A stretch of 64,000 bases of DNA from Escherichia coli (GCF_024502345.1 NZ_JALDNN010000001.1), one strand, 5' to 3'. Counted from the first letter of the stretch, positions 12,157 to 24,277 are shown. Made by a program: numbers and translations. Notes: generated by a model from the letters alone, not told the origin.

Positions 12157-13101
12157 ATGCTAACATTTTTTATTGGCGATTTATTGCCTATTATCGTAAT
12201 CATGCTGTTGGGTTATTTTAGCGGCAGACGAGAAACTTTTTCAGAAGATCAAGCCCGGGCATTTAATAAACTGGTATTAAACTACGCGCTTCCTGCAGCC
12301 CTATTTGTTTCTATTACCCGGGCAAACAGGGAAATGATTTTTGCGGACACTCGTCTGACCCTTGTATCACTCGTGGTTATTGTCGGATGTTTCTTTTTCT
12401 CCTGGTTTGGTTGCTACAAATTTTTTAAACGTACCCATGCAGAAGCAGCTGTATGTGCATTAATTGCAGGTTCACCTACCATTGGATTCCTGGGGTTTGC
12501 AGTTCTCGATCCTATTTATGGTGATTCCGTATCAACAGGTTTAGTGGTAGCAATTATTTCTATTATTGTTAACGCAATTACTATTCCTATTGGTCTGTAT
12601 TTGCTGAATCCTTCCTCAGGAGCGGATGGTAAGAAAAATAGTAATCTGAGCGCATTAATTTCTGCGGCAAAGGAGCCAGTTGTATGGGCACCTGTTCTGG
12701 CAACGATCCTGGTGTTGGTTGGGGTAAAAATTCCGGCAGCATGGGACCCAACCTTTAATCTGATTGCGAAGGCTAACTCAGGGGTAGCGGTATTCGCTGC
12801 GGGGTTGACTCTGGCTGCACATAAATTCGAGTTCAGTGCCGAAATTGCTTATAACACCTTCCTGAAGCTGATTCTGATGCCACTGGCGCTGCTTCTCGTT
12901 GGTATGGCATGTCATTTGAACAGCGAACATTTGCAGATGATGGTACTGGCAGGCGCATTACCGCCGGCATTCTCCGGAATCATTATTGCCAGCCGGTTTA
13001 ATGTCTACACCCGCACTGGTACAGCGTCATTGGCTGTGAGCGTACTGGGTTTTGTCGTCACGGCTCCCTTGTGGATTTATGTCAGTCGACTGGTTTCATA
13101 A
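12157..13101 (+). CDS. yfdV: AEC-family transporter YfdV
   Basis: 314 aa polytopic membrane protein; synteny. Confidence 0.85.
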
Positions 13102-13174
13102 TTAATCATGTTATTGATTTTACATAAACGCCGAAGTGTCTTTTCACCTTCGGCTTTTTTCAAGGCATAAGCAA

Positions 13175-14320
13175 ATGACAAATAATGAAAGCAAAGGGCC
13201 GTTTGAAGGCTTATTAGTTATCGATATGACACATGTCCTTAATGGACCTTTCGGAACTCAACTTCTTTGTAATATGGGCGCAAGGGTAATTAAAGTTGAG
13301 CCGCCGGGCCATGGTGATGATACCCGCACATTTGGTCCCTATGTGGATGGACAGTCACTCTATTACAGTTTTATTAATCATGGCAAAGAGAGTGTGGTTC
13401 TTGATTTAAAGAATGATCACGATAAAAGTATATTTATAAATATGCTTAAACAAGCTGATGTATTAGCTGAGAATTTTCGCCCAGGTACAATGGAAAAACT
13501 AGGGTTTTCATGGGAAAGGTTACAAGAAATCAACCCGCGCCTCATATATGCTTCATCGTCAGGTTTCGGACATACCGGTCCGCTAAAAGATGCTCCTGCC
13601 TACGATACCATCATTCAGGCAATGAGCGGGATAATGATGGAAACAGGGTACCCTGATGCTCCGCCAGTGCGTGTTGGTACCTCTCTTGCGGATCTATGCG
13701 GCGGTGTCTATTTATTCAGCGGAATAGTGAGTGCACTTTATGGCCGCGAAAAGAGCCAGAGAGGGGCGCATGTCGATATAGCGATGTTTGATGCCACGCT
13801 GAGTTTTCTGGAGCATGGTCTGATGGCATATATTGCGACAGGGAAGTCACCACAACGCCTGGGAAATCGCCATCCCTACATGGCACCTTTTGATGTTTTC
13901 GATACTCAGGATAAGCCGATTACGATTTGTTGTGGTAATGACAAGCTTTTTTCTGCGTTATGCCAGGCACTGGAGCTTACGGAACTGGTTAATGATCCCA
14001 GATTTAGCAGCAATATTTTACGCGTACAAAACCAGGCTATTCTTAAACAATATATTGAGCGGACGTTAAAAACGCAGGCAGCTGAAGTTTGGTTAGCCAG
14101 AATACATGAAGTTGGTGTACCCGTCGCGCCGTTATTAAGTGTGGCTGAGGCCATTAATTTGCCACAAACTCAGGCGAGAAATATGTTGATTGAAGCCGGG
14201 GGAATAATGATGCCGGGTAATCCGATAAAAATCAGTGGCTGCGCGGACCCGCATGTTATGCCGGGAGCGGCAACGCTCGACCAGCATGGGGAGCAAATTC
14301 GCCAGGAGTTCTCATCATAA
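13175..14320 (+). CDS. yfdE: Acetyl-CoA:oxalate CoA-transferase YfdE (class III CoA-transferase)
   Basis: ORF 13136-14320; start placed at the internal Met (MTNNESKG…) for a 381 aa protein; paralogous to Frc. Confidence 0.85.
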   Translation: MTNNESKGPFEGLLVIDMTHVLNGPFGTQLLCNMGARVIKVEPPGHGDDTRTFGPYVDGQSLYYSFINHGKESVVLDLKNDHDKSIFINMLKQADVLAENFRPGTMEKLGFSWERLQEINPRLIYASSSGFGHTGPLKDAPAYDTIIQAMSGIMMETGYPDAPPVRVGTSLADLCGGVYLFSGIVSALYGREKSQRGAHVDIAMFDATLSFLEHGLMAYIATGKSPQRLGNRHPYMAPFDVFDTQDKPITICCGNDKLFSALCQALELTELVNDPRFSSNILRVQNQAILKQYIERTLKTQAAEVWLARIHEVGVPVAPLLSVAEAINLPQTQARNMLIEAGGIMMPGNPIKISGCADPHVMPGAATLDQHGEQIRQEFSS

Positions 14321-14342
14321 ATGTAAGATGTGCTGGTAAATA

Positions 14343-14369
14343 GCTCCCACATTTGAACATTGTGGGAGC
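14343..14369. terminator. Hairpin between convergent yfdE and evgS
   Basis: Inverted repeat gctcccacat…attgtgggagc between two convergent stops. Confidence 0.5.
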
Positions 14370-14375
14370 CGCTAT

Positions 14376-17300
14376 TTAGTCATTTTGCTGACAGAAAACA
14401 GCAATCTCCTGGTCCAGCTCTGCAATGTGTTCTTTTACAGAGTTCAGCAGCTGAAGAATTTCAGGCTTACTGTCATCTGAAACAGGTGTTATTTCTAACT
14501 GATGGCTAATATTAATCAACTTTTGCAAATTCAGGATGTTAGCCGCACCGTGGATGCGATGAATACACTGATGGAAAGTTCTATTATCGCCAGCTTCTAG
14601 TGCATGAAACGCAGCGGGTAAATCTTTATGTGTTTCATGCTGGAAAGTCATGAGAATCTCCTGCATCAGTTGTAGATCGTTCGCCGTATTATTTTTCAGG
14701 GCTTCGATATCAAGGTGGCGATACTGAGGTGCAATATGCGCAACCTGGTGTAACTGACTTAAATGTGTTTTCAGTACATCCAGGGTCAACGGTTTGAACA
14801 AACATAAGTTCATGCCGCAATTTAACCCTTTTTCACGTTCGTTAGCCTGTGCGTTGGCTGTAAGCCCCCAGATGGGTAAGGAAGAATTTTGCTCACGGAG
14901 TTTGCGAGTCAACTCAAAACCATCCATATTCGGCATATTAACGTCAGTAATAAGCAGATCATAATGTTGCATACTGACTTTGTGTAGCGCTTGCACACCA
15001 TCAGTGGCTTCGTCAACATCATATCCTAATAGATTTAGCTGGCGTTTGAGTAATAGCCTGTTGGTCGGATGATCATCCGCGATTAATATGCTCAACTTTT
15101 CAGGTAGTGTGATAGGTTGTTCTGCTTTTGCCTCGACAGCCGCCACTTGTTGGGTAATTTCTACCGGGATTGTGATCGTAAATGTTGTTCCTATGCCTGG
15201 ATGACTTTCTAATGACAAATCACCCTGCATGTTTTTAATTAATTCTTTGCAGATCATTAAGCCTAAACCAGAACCTGTTTGCTGACGACCTGCACTTGTT
15301 TGGCTATAACGTTTAAACAGTTGTTGTTGTTCTTCCTGTGATAATCCACTTCCAGAATCCATAATCGTTATTTTGATTACAGCGTGGTTGTCATCAATGT
15401 GACCCAGGGAGGTCGTAATTTTTACTGCCCCCTCGGTGGTAAATTTGAGAGCATTACTCAGTAAATTTGATAAGACCTGCTTAAACGCCTGAGGGTCGAT
15501 CTTAACCAGGTAATGTTCAGGAAACGTACTGCTGCAACTTAATGCGATCGATTTGCTTGCAGCAATCGCACCGAAAGAGTGACAAGTGTTCTGGACTAAA
15601 GTAGGAATATCGACCCATTGTGGTTGAAGTTGATAGTTACCCGATTCAATTTTGTCGACATCAAGGATTTCACCAATTAAGCCGAGGAGTGATTGTCCGG
15701 TGGCGTAGGCAAGTGAAATCGCCTCCACCCGTTGTTCCTTGCTAAGACCAGAACCCGACAGAAGTTCCAGGAAGCCCATAATGGAGCTTATTGGTGTTCT
15801 TATTTCGTGACTCATTGTTGCCAGAAACTGACTTTTTGCGACAGTTGCATTGATCGCTTTATTTCTCTCTACTTCGAGTGCATGAATTAAATCACGCGTC
15901 TCGGTAATATCTTGCCAACCACAAATATAAACAGCATGTTCGCTGGCTGGCAGATTACATAATGTATGCCAGTGATTAATGCATCTTTTCTCGATGCCAT
16001 TATCAATTTCAAATACCTGTGTGTATATTGTTCGGTTTTCTTTCGTCTCTGCTGTGACTTCATGCGTATTAGAAAAAACATCTTTAAAGGGTGATTCACT
16101 GTTTTCTAATGGCAACATTGCATTTTTGTAGTAATCAGCAGTGAAATAATGTTCAAATGCACTATTGTGACTAATGACATTACCTTGCCAGTTTACAACA
16201 TAAGTTGGATTCGGTAAGGAGTCCGAGAGCGCTTTCCGGAATGATATTTGGTTTTCTAAATCACCCTGAATGACTTTACGACGACGAACTGAGCGTAACA
16301 GGTAGAATCCCCATAAAAGGCTACTGCCAACTAATAAAACGGATAATGTCGTAACAATATAAAATTGCTCGCTATAGAGGTCCCATGTGTCAATGGTCAC
16401 ATTGGGCATTTTAATCCATTTTTCGGTCAGGCGCAGAACTTCGCTTGGGGGGATTGCATTCAGTGCTTTATTAATAATATCCTTAAGTTCCGGTTCTCCG
16501 CGAGGAAAAGCGAACGAAAGCGATGCATTCGGAACGCCGGGAATAAGAAAATGATAAAGTTCATTAGGATAGTAATGGTCGATCATGTAACGCGAATTTA
16601 ACTGTGTCGCGACCAGAGCATCAAGTTCACCTTCCTTGACCTTGTGAAATGCAGCGCTGGCGTTATCGACTTTTATCCACTCTACCTCCGGATACATCTC
16701 TTTTAATTGCGAATGAAGCTCATAATAATATGGAATGGCAACTTTCATTCCTTTTTTTAATGTTTGTTCACTGTCAGGCGCTTTTTGCATGACAAAAACG
16801 TAAGGCGTTGTTATGAAGGCTTCAGCAAATAAAACATTATTTTCTCTATCTTCACTATAAATAGCACCGGGTAATATATCCCATCCGCCGGGATTCAGCT
16901 GTGTTCCAGCATGGATATTGTGTGAAACGGTGATCGGAGAAAAATTTAAACCTGTTTGCAAGGTAATAATATTAAGAATATCCCCCATAACGCCCCGAAC
17001 CGAGCCATTTTCATCCGTCATAGAATAGGGAGGAGAGTAAGGATTTTCCAGCACCTTTAAATCGGGATGCTGCTTAATCCACTGTTTTTCATGTTCAGTG
17101 AGTTCTAATGGTTTGTTCAGAAAGGCCAGGTTTCCTGTATCAAGCCAATTTTGTGATACTTCATAGCGAACTTCATTTGTTAAAGCATCAACAAATCGAT
17201 TGAGTACTTCATTAAGAACGACAGATTCTTTTCTGGTCAAGAAAAAATTATATTGACGCGGTGAGTTATAATATTTCACTACATTTAAGGAGTGAGTGAA

Positions 17301-17849
17301 ATAGCGGGAAATCATACTGCTGGTAATGATGTTACTACCAATAAAGTAATCATTCTGTCCGGCTGAGACGGATGCTAATGCCTGATATAAATTTGTAAAA
17401 GAGATAATTGTTGCTTTTGGAAATGATTGATGAATTACCTCGTCAGGGGGATAATTTGCTACTCGAGCAATATTTACTGGTTTTGATGAGGTAAGCGGTC
17501 GCATTGAATCGTGAAGGGTGGTGACCAGCGCCGGAAAGGTAATTATCAGTGGTTTGGTTGCAGCAATGTCATCATTAAGAGGCGGCGAAGCAACTAAATG
17601 TGATAACACTATATCGACTTCACCTTCTTCCAGCGCGTCCATTGCTTTTTGATGATCGGCGTATTCCCGGAGTGTTAATTTGATATTTAACGCTCTTTTT
17701 AAAAGATTTAAATAGTCAGCATTAATACCACGAACCCGTTGCTGCGAATCGGTATGCAACAACGTAGCCGTTTGGGACTTATGTACTGCAATCACAAGAT
17801 TTTTTTTGCTCGCTAACCAACGTAATTCCTTGTTGCTCAGACGTAGTGG
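14376..17849 (-). pseudogene. evgS: evgS hybrid sensor kinase, 5'-truncated (about 40 N-terminal codons and promoter lost) at the IS903-like element
   Basis: Reading frame translates …PLRLSNKELRWLASKKNLVIAVHKSQ… right up to the IS inverted repeat at 17850; no start codon or native upstream sequence remains. Confidence 0.85.
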
Positions 17850-18906
17850 GGCTTTGTTGAATAAATCAGATTTCGGGTAAGTCTCCCCCGTAGCGGGTTG
17901 TGTTTTCAGGCAATACGCACGCTTTCAGGCATACCTGCTTTCGTCATTTTGTTCAGCGCTCGTACCAGGGCCATAGCCTCTGCAACCTGACCATCGTAGT
18001 CACGCAGTGTCAGTGAACCCCCGAACAGCTGTTTTACCCGGTACATCGCCGTTTCCGCTATCGAGCGACGGTTGTAATCTGTTGTCCATTTCCACCGCGC
18101 ATTACTCCCGGTCATTCGCTGATTAGCCACTGCACGGTTACGGTCTGCATATTCACCGGGCCAGTAACCCGCACCTTTTCGGGGAGGGATAAGCGCGCTG
18201 ATTTTCTTACGCCGCAGTTCATCGTGACATAGCCGGGTATCGTAAGCGCCATCGGCGGCGGCTGACCTGATTTTCCGGTGGGTTTGCCGGATTAACCCGG
18301 GGAAGGCCTCTGAGTCCGTAACGTTGTTCAGCGACAGGTCAGCGCAGATGATTTCATGTGTTTTACTGTCAACGGCGAGATGCAGCTTACGCCAGATACG
18401 GCGGCGTTCCTGGCCATGCTTTTTGACTTTCCACTCGCCTTCACCGAAGACCTTCAGCCCGGTGGAATCAATTACCAGGTGTGCGATTTCACCCCGGGTG
18501 GGCGTTTTGAAACTGACATTAACCGACTTTGCCCGCCTGCTGACACAGCTGTAATCCGGGCAGCGTAGCGGAACGTTCATCAGAGAAAAAATGGAATCAA
18601 TAAAGCCCTGCGCAGCGCGCAGGGTCAGCCTGAATACGCGTTTAATGACCAGCACAGTCGTGATGGCAAGGTCAGAATAGCGCTGAGGTCTGCCTCGTGA
18701 AGAAGGTGTTGCTGACTCATACCAGGCCTGAATAGCTTCATCATCCAGCCAGAAAGTTATGGAGCCACGGTTGATGAGGGCTTTATTGTAGGTGGGCCAG
18801 TTGGTGATTTTGAACTTTTGCTTTGCCACGGAACGGTCTGCGTTGTCGGGAAGATACGTGATCTGATCCTTCAACTCAGCAAAAGTTCGATTTATTCAAC
18901 AAAGCC
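17850..18906 (-). mobile_element. IS903-like insertion sequence (IS5 family), 1057 bp
   Basis: 18 bp terminal inverted repeats GGCTTTGTTGAATAAATC (17850-17867) and its reverse complement (18889-18906) flank a single transposase ORF; the 9 bp flanks differ (acgtagtgg vs cggtcaaaa). Confidence 0.8.
17906..18874 (-). CDS. IS903-group (IS5 family) DDE transposase
   Basis: 322 aa ORF, C-terminal two-thirds recalled as near-identical to IS903 transposase (…NRRSIAETAMYRVKQLFGG…); true start may be slightly internal. Confidence 0.85.
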   Translation of the reverse strand: MKDQITYLPDNADRSVAKQKFKITNWPTYNKALINRGSITFWLDDEAIQAWYESATPSSRGRPQRYSDLAITTVLVIKRVFRLTLRAAQGFIDSIFSLMNVPLRCPDYSCVSRRAKSVNVSFKTPTRGEIAHLVIDSTGLKVFGEGEWKVKKHGQERRRIWRKLHLAVDSKTHEIICADLSLNNVTDSEAFPGLIRQTHRKIRSAAADGAYDTRLCHDELRRKKISALIPPRKGAGYWPGEYADRNRAVANQRMTGSNARWKWTTDYNRRSIAETAMYRVKQLFGGSLTLRDYDGQVAEAMALVRALNKMTKAGMPESVRIA

Positions 18907-19841
18907 CGGTCAAAATGAATCTACCAGGACTGACCCTGTTAGTGCTCGGTGTTGGTGGCTTGCAAATTATGCTTGATAAAGGGCGCGATCTGGATTGGTT
19001 CAACTCGAATACAATAATAATATTAACAGTAGTATCAGTTATTTCTCTGATCTCTTTAGTCATTTGGGAGTCGACCTCAGAGAATCCGATTCTTGATCTC
19101 AGTTTGTTTAAGTCCCGTAATTTCACCATTGGTATTGTGAGTATCACCTGCGCGTATTTATTTTACTCTGGAGCGATCGTCCTTATGCCGCAGTTACTCC
19201 AGGAAACGATGGGGTATAATGCGATATGGGCCGGGCTTGCTTATGCGCCCATCGGCATCATGCCACTATTGATTTCACCTTTGATAGGACGTTATGGCAA
19301 TAAAATAGACATGCGGGTGTTAGTGACATTCAGTTTTTTGATGTATGCGGTTTGCTATTACTGGCGTTCTGTGACATTTATGCCAACGATTGATTTTACA
19401 GGCATCATTTTGCCACAGTTTTTCCAGGGATTCGCCGTTGCCTGTTTCTTTTTACCCTTAACAACGATTTCGTTTTCAGGCTTGCCAGATAATAAATTTG
19501 CCAATGCCTCGAGTATGAGTAATTTTTTTCGTACCTTGTCAGGATCAGTTGGTACGTCGTTGACAATGACGCTGTGGGGACGACGCGAATCGTTACACCA
19601 TAGTCAGTTGACAGCAACCATCGATCAATTTAACCCCGTGTTTAATTCATCGTCACAAATTATGGATAAATACTATGGTTCGCTTTCAGGAGTTCTTAAT
19701 GAAATTAATAATGAAATAACCCAGCAGTCACTTTCTATTTCTGCAAATGAGATTTTCCGTATGGCGGCTATTGCTTTTATCTTACTTACGGTTTTGGTTT
19801 GGTTTGCGAAACCGCCGTTTACAGCGAAAGGCGTTGGGTGA
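18907..19841 (+). pseudogene. emrY: emrY MFS multidrug efflux pump, 3' fragment (about 310 C-terminal codons) abutting the IS903-like element
   Basis: Translation matches the C-terminal transmembrane half of an EmrB/EmrY-type transporter; sequence begins directly at the IS inverted repeat. Confidence 0.8.
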
Positions 19842-19948
19842 TGATAAAAGGAGGGGGTTATAGCGGGTAAGACCGGGGATCTTAAGTCTGCGCCATCGGC
19901 AGCATCGCTCACCCAGGGAAAGGATTGCGATGCTGCGTTGAAACGTTA

Positions 19949-21277
19949 TTAACGGCCTTTTGCCAGATATTGATTCATCTCTTCTTCCGGCACCATTCCA
20001 CCTCCCGTCGCCCACACCAGATGAGTGGCATTACGCAATTGTTCTGCGCTGAAACCGTGCATCTGTTGGTAACTTACTGATGCACACACGCGCTGAGGTC
20101 CGGCCATACCCGCCAGTGCTGAAGGTTCAAGACGAATACCTTCTTCCTGCGCCAGCCAGCCAAGCATGTCATACATGGTTTGATCGCTAAGGGTATAGAA
20201 GCCATCCAGCAGACGCTCCATTGCCCGCCCGACAAAGCCTGATGCGCGACCAACTGCAAGGCCATCCGCTGCGGTAAGGTTGTCGATACCAATATCCTGA
20301 ACAGAAATCTGATCGTGTAATCCTGTATGGACGCCTAACAACATACAAGGGGAGTGCGTTGGTTCGGCAAAAAAGCAGTGAACATGATCGCCAAACGCCA
20401 GTTTAAGCCCGAATGCGACGCCACCAGGACCACCGCCAACACCACACGGCAGATAGACAAACAGAGGGTTATCAGCATCGACGATACGGCCTTGCTGGGC
20501 AAATTGCGCTTTAAGACGCTGGCCAGCGACGGAATACCCAAGGAACAACGTGCGGGAATTTTCGTCATCAATAAAGAAACAGTTCGGGTCAGACTGCGCT
20601 GCTTTACGTCCTTCCTCGACGGCAACACCATAATCTTGCTCATATTCCACGACCGTAACGCCATGGCTGCGCAGTTTCGCTTTTTTCCATGCCCGGGCAT
20701 CAGCAGACATATGAACTGTCACCTTAAAGCCAATGCGGGCGCTCATAATGCCGATTGATAACCCCAGATTTCCGGTTGAGCCCACAGCAATGCTGTATTG
20801 GCTAAAGAACTGTTTAAACTCCGGAGAAAGCAGTTTGCTGTAGTCATCATCAAGCGTCAGCAACCCCGCTTCCAGAGCCAGTTTTTCTGCGTGTGCCAGG
20901 ACTTCATAAATCCCGCCGCGTGCTTTTATGGAGCCGGAAATGGGCAAATGGCTATCTTTTTTCAGTAACAGTTGCCCGCTGATCGGTTGCTGATATTCTT
21001 TTTCCAGCCGTTTTTGCATAGCTGGAATGGCAACCAGTTCTGATTCAATAATCCCCCCAGTGGCAGCAGTTTCAGGAAATGCTTTTGCCAGATAGGGTGC
21101 AAAACGGGATAAGCGCGCATGGGCGTCCTGAACATCCTGTTCGGTCAGGCCAACATAAGGTAAACCTTCAGCCAATGAGGTCGTGCCAGGATTAAACCAG
21201 GTGGTTTCTTTAAGAGCAACCAGATCCTTTACCAACGGATACTGGGCGATGAGCGAGTTCATTTTAGCGTTTTCCAT
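19949..21277 (-). CDS. dsdA: D-serine dehydratase (PLP-dependent)
   Basis: 442 aa ORF recognised as DsdA; convergent with emrY as in K-12. Confidence 0.9.
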   Translation of the reverse strand: MENAKMNSLIAQYPLVKDLVALKETTWFNPGTTSLAEGLPYVGLTEQDVQDAHARLSRFAPYLAKAFPETAATGGIIESELVAIPAMQKRLEKEYQQPISGQLLLKKDSHLPISGSIKARGGIYEVLAHAEKLALEAGLLTLDDDYSKLLSPEFKQFFSQYSIAVGSTGNLGLSIGIMSARIGFKVTVHMSADARAWKKAKLRSHGVTVVEYEQDYGVAVEEGRKAAQSDPNCFFIDDENSRTLFLGYSVAGQRLKAQFAQQGRIVDADNPLFVYLPCGVGGGPGGVAFGLKLAFGDHVHCFFAEPTHSPCMLLGVHTGLHDQISVQDIGIDNLTAADGLAVGRASGFVGRAMERLLDGFYTLSDQTMYDMLGWLAQEEGIRLEPSALAGMAGPQRVCASVSYQQMHGFSAEQLRNATHLVWATGGGMVPEEEMNQYLAKGR

Positions 21278-21294
21278 AGTACGTCTCTTTGCGC

Positions 21295-21525
21295 TTAGAT
21301 GATAAATGACAGCAGGAATGTGCCCGCCAGAGCGACGACTGAAGCGATAAATGTCGCTGTCGTATAGTATTTAAATGTTTCATTGAGCGTAGCGCCGCAA
21401 TATTGCTTCACTAGCCAGAAAAGCGAGTCCGTAACGATCGTGCAGCCAATTGCACCTGAACCGATAGCAATCGCAATAATTTCCGGGCTGATGTCGGGAT
21501 ACAGCGGCAGCACAATGATCCATAT
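21295..21525 (-). pseudogene. dsdX: dsdX D-serine permease, 3' remnant (about 72-76 codons)
   Basis: Translation is the hydrophobic C-terminus of a GntP-family permease; an in-frame stop lies 4 codons upstream of the first possible start, and csc sequence begins there. Confidence 0.75.
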
Positions 21526-21743
21526 TTATATTTTCTTCTCCAGGTTGGCGATGCCAGTTGGCATGTTTTACTTACTTGCCTATATGGTTACTCGTTGGCG
21601 AGAACAGAGGCGGAATTGGGGACAATTGTCCGGGAATTATTGTTATTTTTTATTGTATTGCTGTGTCAGGTGATAGGGCGTTGGATCTCGCCAGTGACGT
21701 CTGTTTCTGCTACAGTGCCCGTTTTACGGCAAACGGCTTGGGT

Positions 21744-22739
21744 ATGGCTTCATTAAAGGATGTCGCACGCCTGGCGGGAGTGTCGATGATGACAGTCTCC
21801 CGGGTGATGCATAATGCAGAATCTGTGCGTCCTGCAACGCGTGACCGCGTATTGCAGGCAATCCAGACCCTGAATTATGTTCCTGATCTTTCCGCCCGTA
21901 AGATGCGCGCTCAAGGACGTAAGCCGTCGACTCTCGCCGTGCTGGCGCAGGACACGGCTACCACTCCTTTCTCTGTTGATATTCTGCTTGCCATTGAGCA
22001 AACCGCCAGCGAGTTCGGCTGGAATAGTTTTTTAATCAATATTTTTTCTGAAGATGACGCTGCCCGCGCGGCACGTCAGCTGCTTGCCCACCGTCCGGAT
22101 GGCATTATCTATACTACAATGGGGCTGCGACATATCACGCTGCCTGAGTCCCTGTATGGTGAAAATATTGTATTGGCGAACTGTGTGGCGGATGACCCAG
22201 CGTTACCCAGTTATATCCCTGATGATTACACTGCACAATATGAATCAACACAGCATTTGCTCGCGGCGGGCTATCGTCAACCGTTATGCTTCTGGCTACC
22301 GGAAAGTGCGTTGGCAACAGGGTATCGTCGGCAGGGATTTGAGCAGGCCTGGCGTGATGCTGGACGAGATCTGGCTGAGGTGAAACAATTTCACATGGCA
22401 ACAGGTGATGATCACTACACCGATCTCGCAAGTTTACTCAATGCCCACTTCAAATCGGGCAAACCAGATTTTGATGTTCTGATATGTGGTAACGATCGCG
22501 CAGCCTTTGTCGCTTATCAGGTTCTCCTGGCGAAGGGGGTACGTATCCCGCAGGATGTCGCCGTAATGGGCTTTGATAATCTGGTTGGCGTCGGGCATCT
22601 GTTTTTACCGCCGCTGACCACAATTCAGCTTCCACATGACATTATCGGGCGGGAAGCTGCATTGCATATTATTGAAGGTCGTGAAGGGGGAAGAGTGACG
22701 CGGATCCCTTGCCCGCTGTTGATCCGTTGTTCCACCTGA
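21744..22739 (+). CDS. cscR: Sucrose operon repressor CscR (LacI family)
   Basis: LacI-type HTH (MASLKDVARLAGVSMMTVSRV) plus periplasmic-binding-like domain; start placed at the internal ATG at 21744 (331 aa) within the longer ORF. Confidence 0.85.
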   Translation: MASLKDVARLAGVSMMTVSRVMHNAESVRPATRDRVLQAIQTLNYVPDLSARKMRAQGRKPSTLAVLAQDTATTPFSVDILLAIEQTASEFGWNSFLINIFSEDDAARAARQLLAHRPDGIIYTTMGLRHITLPESLYGENIVLANCVADDPALPSYIPDDYTAQYESTQHLLAAGYRQPLCFWLPESALATGYRRQGFEQAWRDAGRDLAEVKQFHMATGDDHYTDLASLLNAHFKSGKPDFDVLICGNDRAAFVAYQVLLAKGVRIPQDVAVMGFDNLVGVGHLFLPPLTTIQLPHDIIGREAALHIIEGREGGRVTRIPCPLLIRCST

Positions 22740-22746
22740 TATTATG

Positions 22747-24180
22747 TTAACCCAGTAGCCAGAGTGCTCCATGTTGCAGCACAGCCACTCCGTGGGAGGC
22801 ATAAAGCGACAGTTCCCGTTCTTCTGGCTGCGGATAGATTCGACTACTCATCACCGCTTCCCCGTCGTTAATAAATACTTCCACGGATGATGTATCGATA
22901 AATATCCTTAGGGCGAGCGTGTCACGCTGCGGGAGGGGAATACTACGGTAGCCGTCTAAATTCTCGTGTGGGTAATACCGCCACAAAACAAGTCGCTCAG
23001 ATTGGTTATCAATATACAGCCGCATTCCAGTGCCGAGCTGTAATCCGTAATGTTCGGCATCACTGTTCTTCAGCGCCCACTGCAACTGAATCTCAACTGC
23101 TTGCGCGTTTTCCTGCAAAACATATTTATTGCTGATTGTGCGGGGAGAGACAGATTGATGCTGCTGGCGTAACGACTCAGCTTCGTGAACCGGGCGTTGT
23201 AGAAGTTTGCCATTGCTCTCTGATAGCTCGCGCGCCAGCGTCATGCAGCCTGCCCATCCTTCACGTTTTGAGGGCATTGGCGATTCCCACATATCCATCC
23301 AGCCGATAACAATACGCCGACCATCCTTCGCTAAAAAGCTTTGTGGTGCATAAAAGTCATGCCCGTTATCAAGTTCAGTAAAATGCCCGGATTGTGCAAA
23401 AAGTCGTCCTGGCGACCACATTCCGGGTATTACGCCACTTTGAAAGCGATTTCGGTAACTGTATCCCTCGGCATTCATTCCCTGCGGGGAAAACATCAGA
23501 TAATGCTGATCGCCAAGGCTGAAAAAGTCCGGACATTCCCACATATAGCTTTCACCCGCATCAGCGTGGGCCAGTACGCGATCGAAAGTCCATTCACGTA
23601 ATGAACTGCCGCGATAAAGCAGGATCTGCCCCGTGTTGTCTGGGTCTTTCGCCCCGACTACCATCCACCATGAGTCGGCTTCACGCCACACTTTAGGATC
23701 GCGGAAGTGCATGATTCCTTCTGGTGGAGTGAGGATCACACCCTGTTTCTCGAAATGAATACCATCCCGACTGGTAGCCAGACATTGTACTTCGCGAATT
23801 GCATCGTCATTACCTGCACCATCGAGCCAGACGTGTCCGGTGTAGATAAGTGAGAGGACACCATTGTCATCGACAGCACTACCTGAAAAACACCCGTCTT
23901 TGTCATTCTCGTCTCCTGGCGCTAGCGCAATAGGCTCATGCTGCCAGTGGATCATATCGTCGCTGGTGGCATGTCCCCAGTGCATTGGCCCCCAGTGTTC
24001 GCTCATCGGGTGATGTTGATAAAACGCGTGATAACGATCGTTAAACCAGATCAGGCCGTTTGGATCGTTCATCCACCCGGCAGGAGGCGCGAGGTGAAAA
24101 TGGGGATAGAAAGTGTTACCCCGGTGCTCATGAAGTTTTGCTAGTGCGTTTTGCGCCGCATGCAATCGAGATTGCGTCAT
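22747..24180 (-). CDS. cscA: Sucrose-6-phosphate hydrolase / invertase CscA (GH32)
   Basis: GH32 motifs (WMNDPNG, RDP, EC); start placed at MTQSRLH… (477 aa). Confidence 0.85.
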   Translation of the reverse strand: MTQSRLHAAQNALAKLHEHRGNTFYPHFHLAPPAGWMNDPNGLIWFNDRYHAFYQHHPMSEHWGPMHWGHATSDDMIHWQHEPIALAPGDENDKDGCFSGSAVDDNGVLSLIYTGHVWLDGAGNDDAIREVQCLATSRDGIHFEKQGVILTPPEGIMHFRDPKVWREADSWWMVVGAKDPDNTGQILLYRGSSLREWTFDRVLAHADAGESYMWECPDFFSLGDQHYLMFSPQGMNAEGYSYRNRFQSGVIPGMWSPGRLFAQSGHFTELDNGHDFYAPQSFLAKDGRRIVIGWMDMWESPMPSKREGWAGCMTLARELSESNGKLLQRPVHEAESLRQQHQSVSPRTISNKYVLQENAQAVEIQLQWALKNSDAEHYGLQLGTGMRLYIDNQSERLVLWRYYPHENLDGYRSIPLPQRDTLALRIFIDTSSVEVFINDGEAVMSSRIYPQPEERELSLYASHGVAVLQHGALWLLG

Positions 24181-24213
24181 TTTAATCATCCTGGTTAAGC
24201 AAATTTGGTGAAT

Positions 24214-24226
24214 TGTTAACGTTAAC
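24214..24226. promoter_or_regulatory. Putative CscR operator 1 (TGTTAACGTTAAC) in the cscA-cscK divergent region
   Basis: 13 bp palindromic motif, identical copy 64 bp away; resembles LacI-family operator cores. Confidence 0.45.
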
Positions 24227-24277
24227 TTTTATAAAAATATAGTCCCTTACTTTCATAAATGCGATGAATATCACAAA

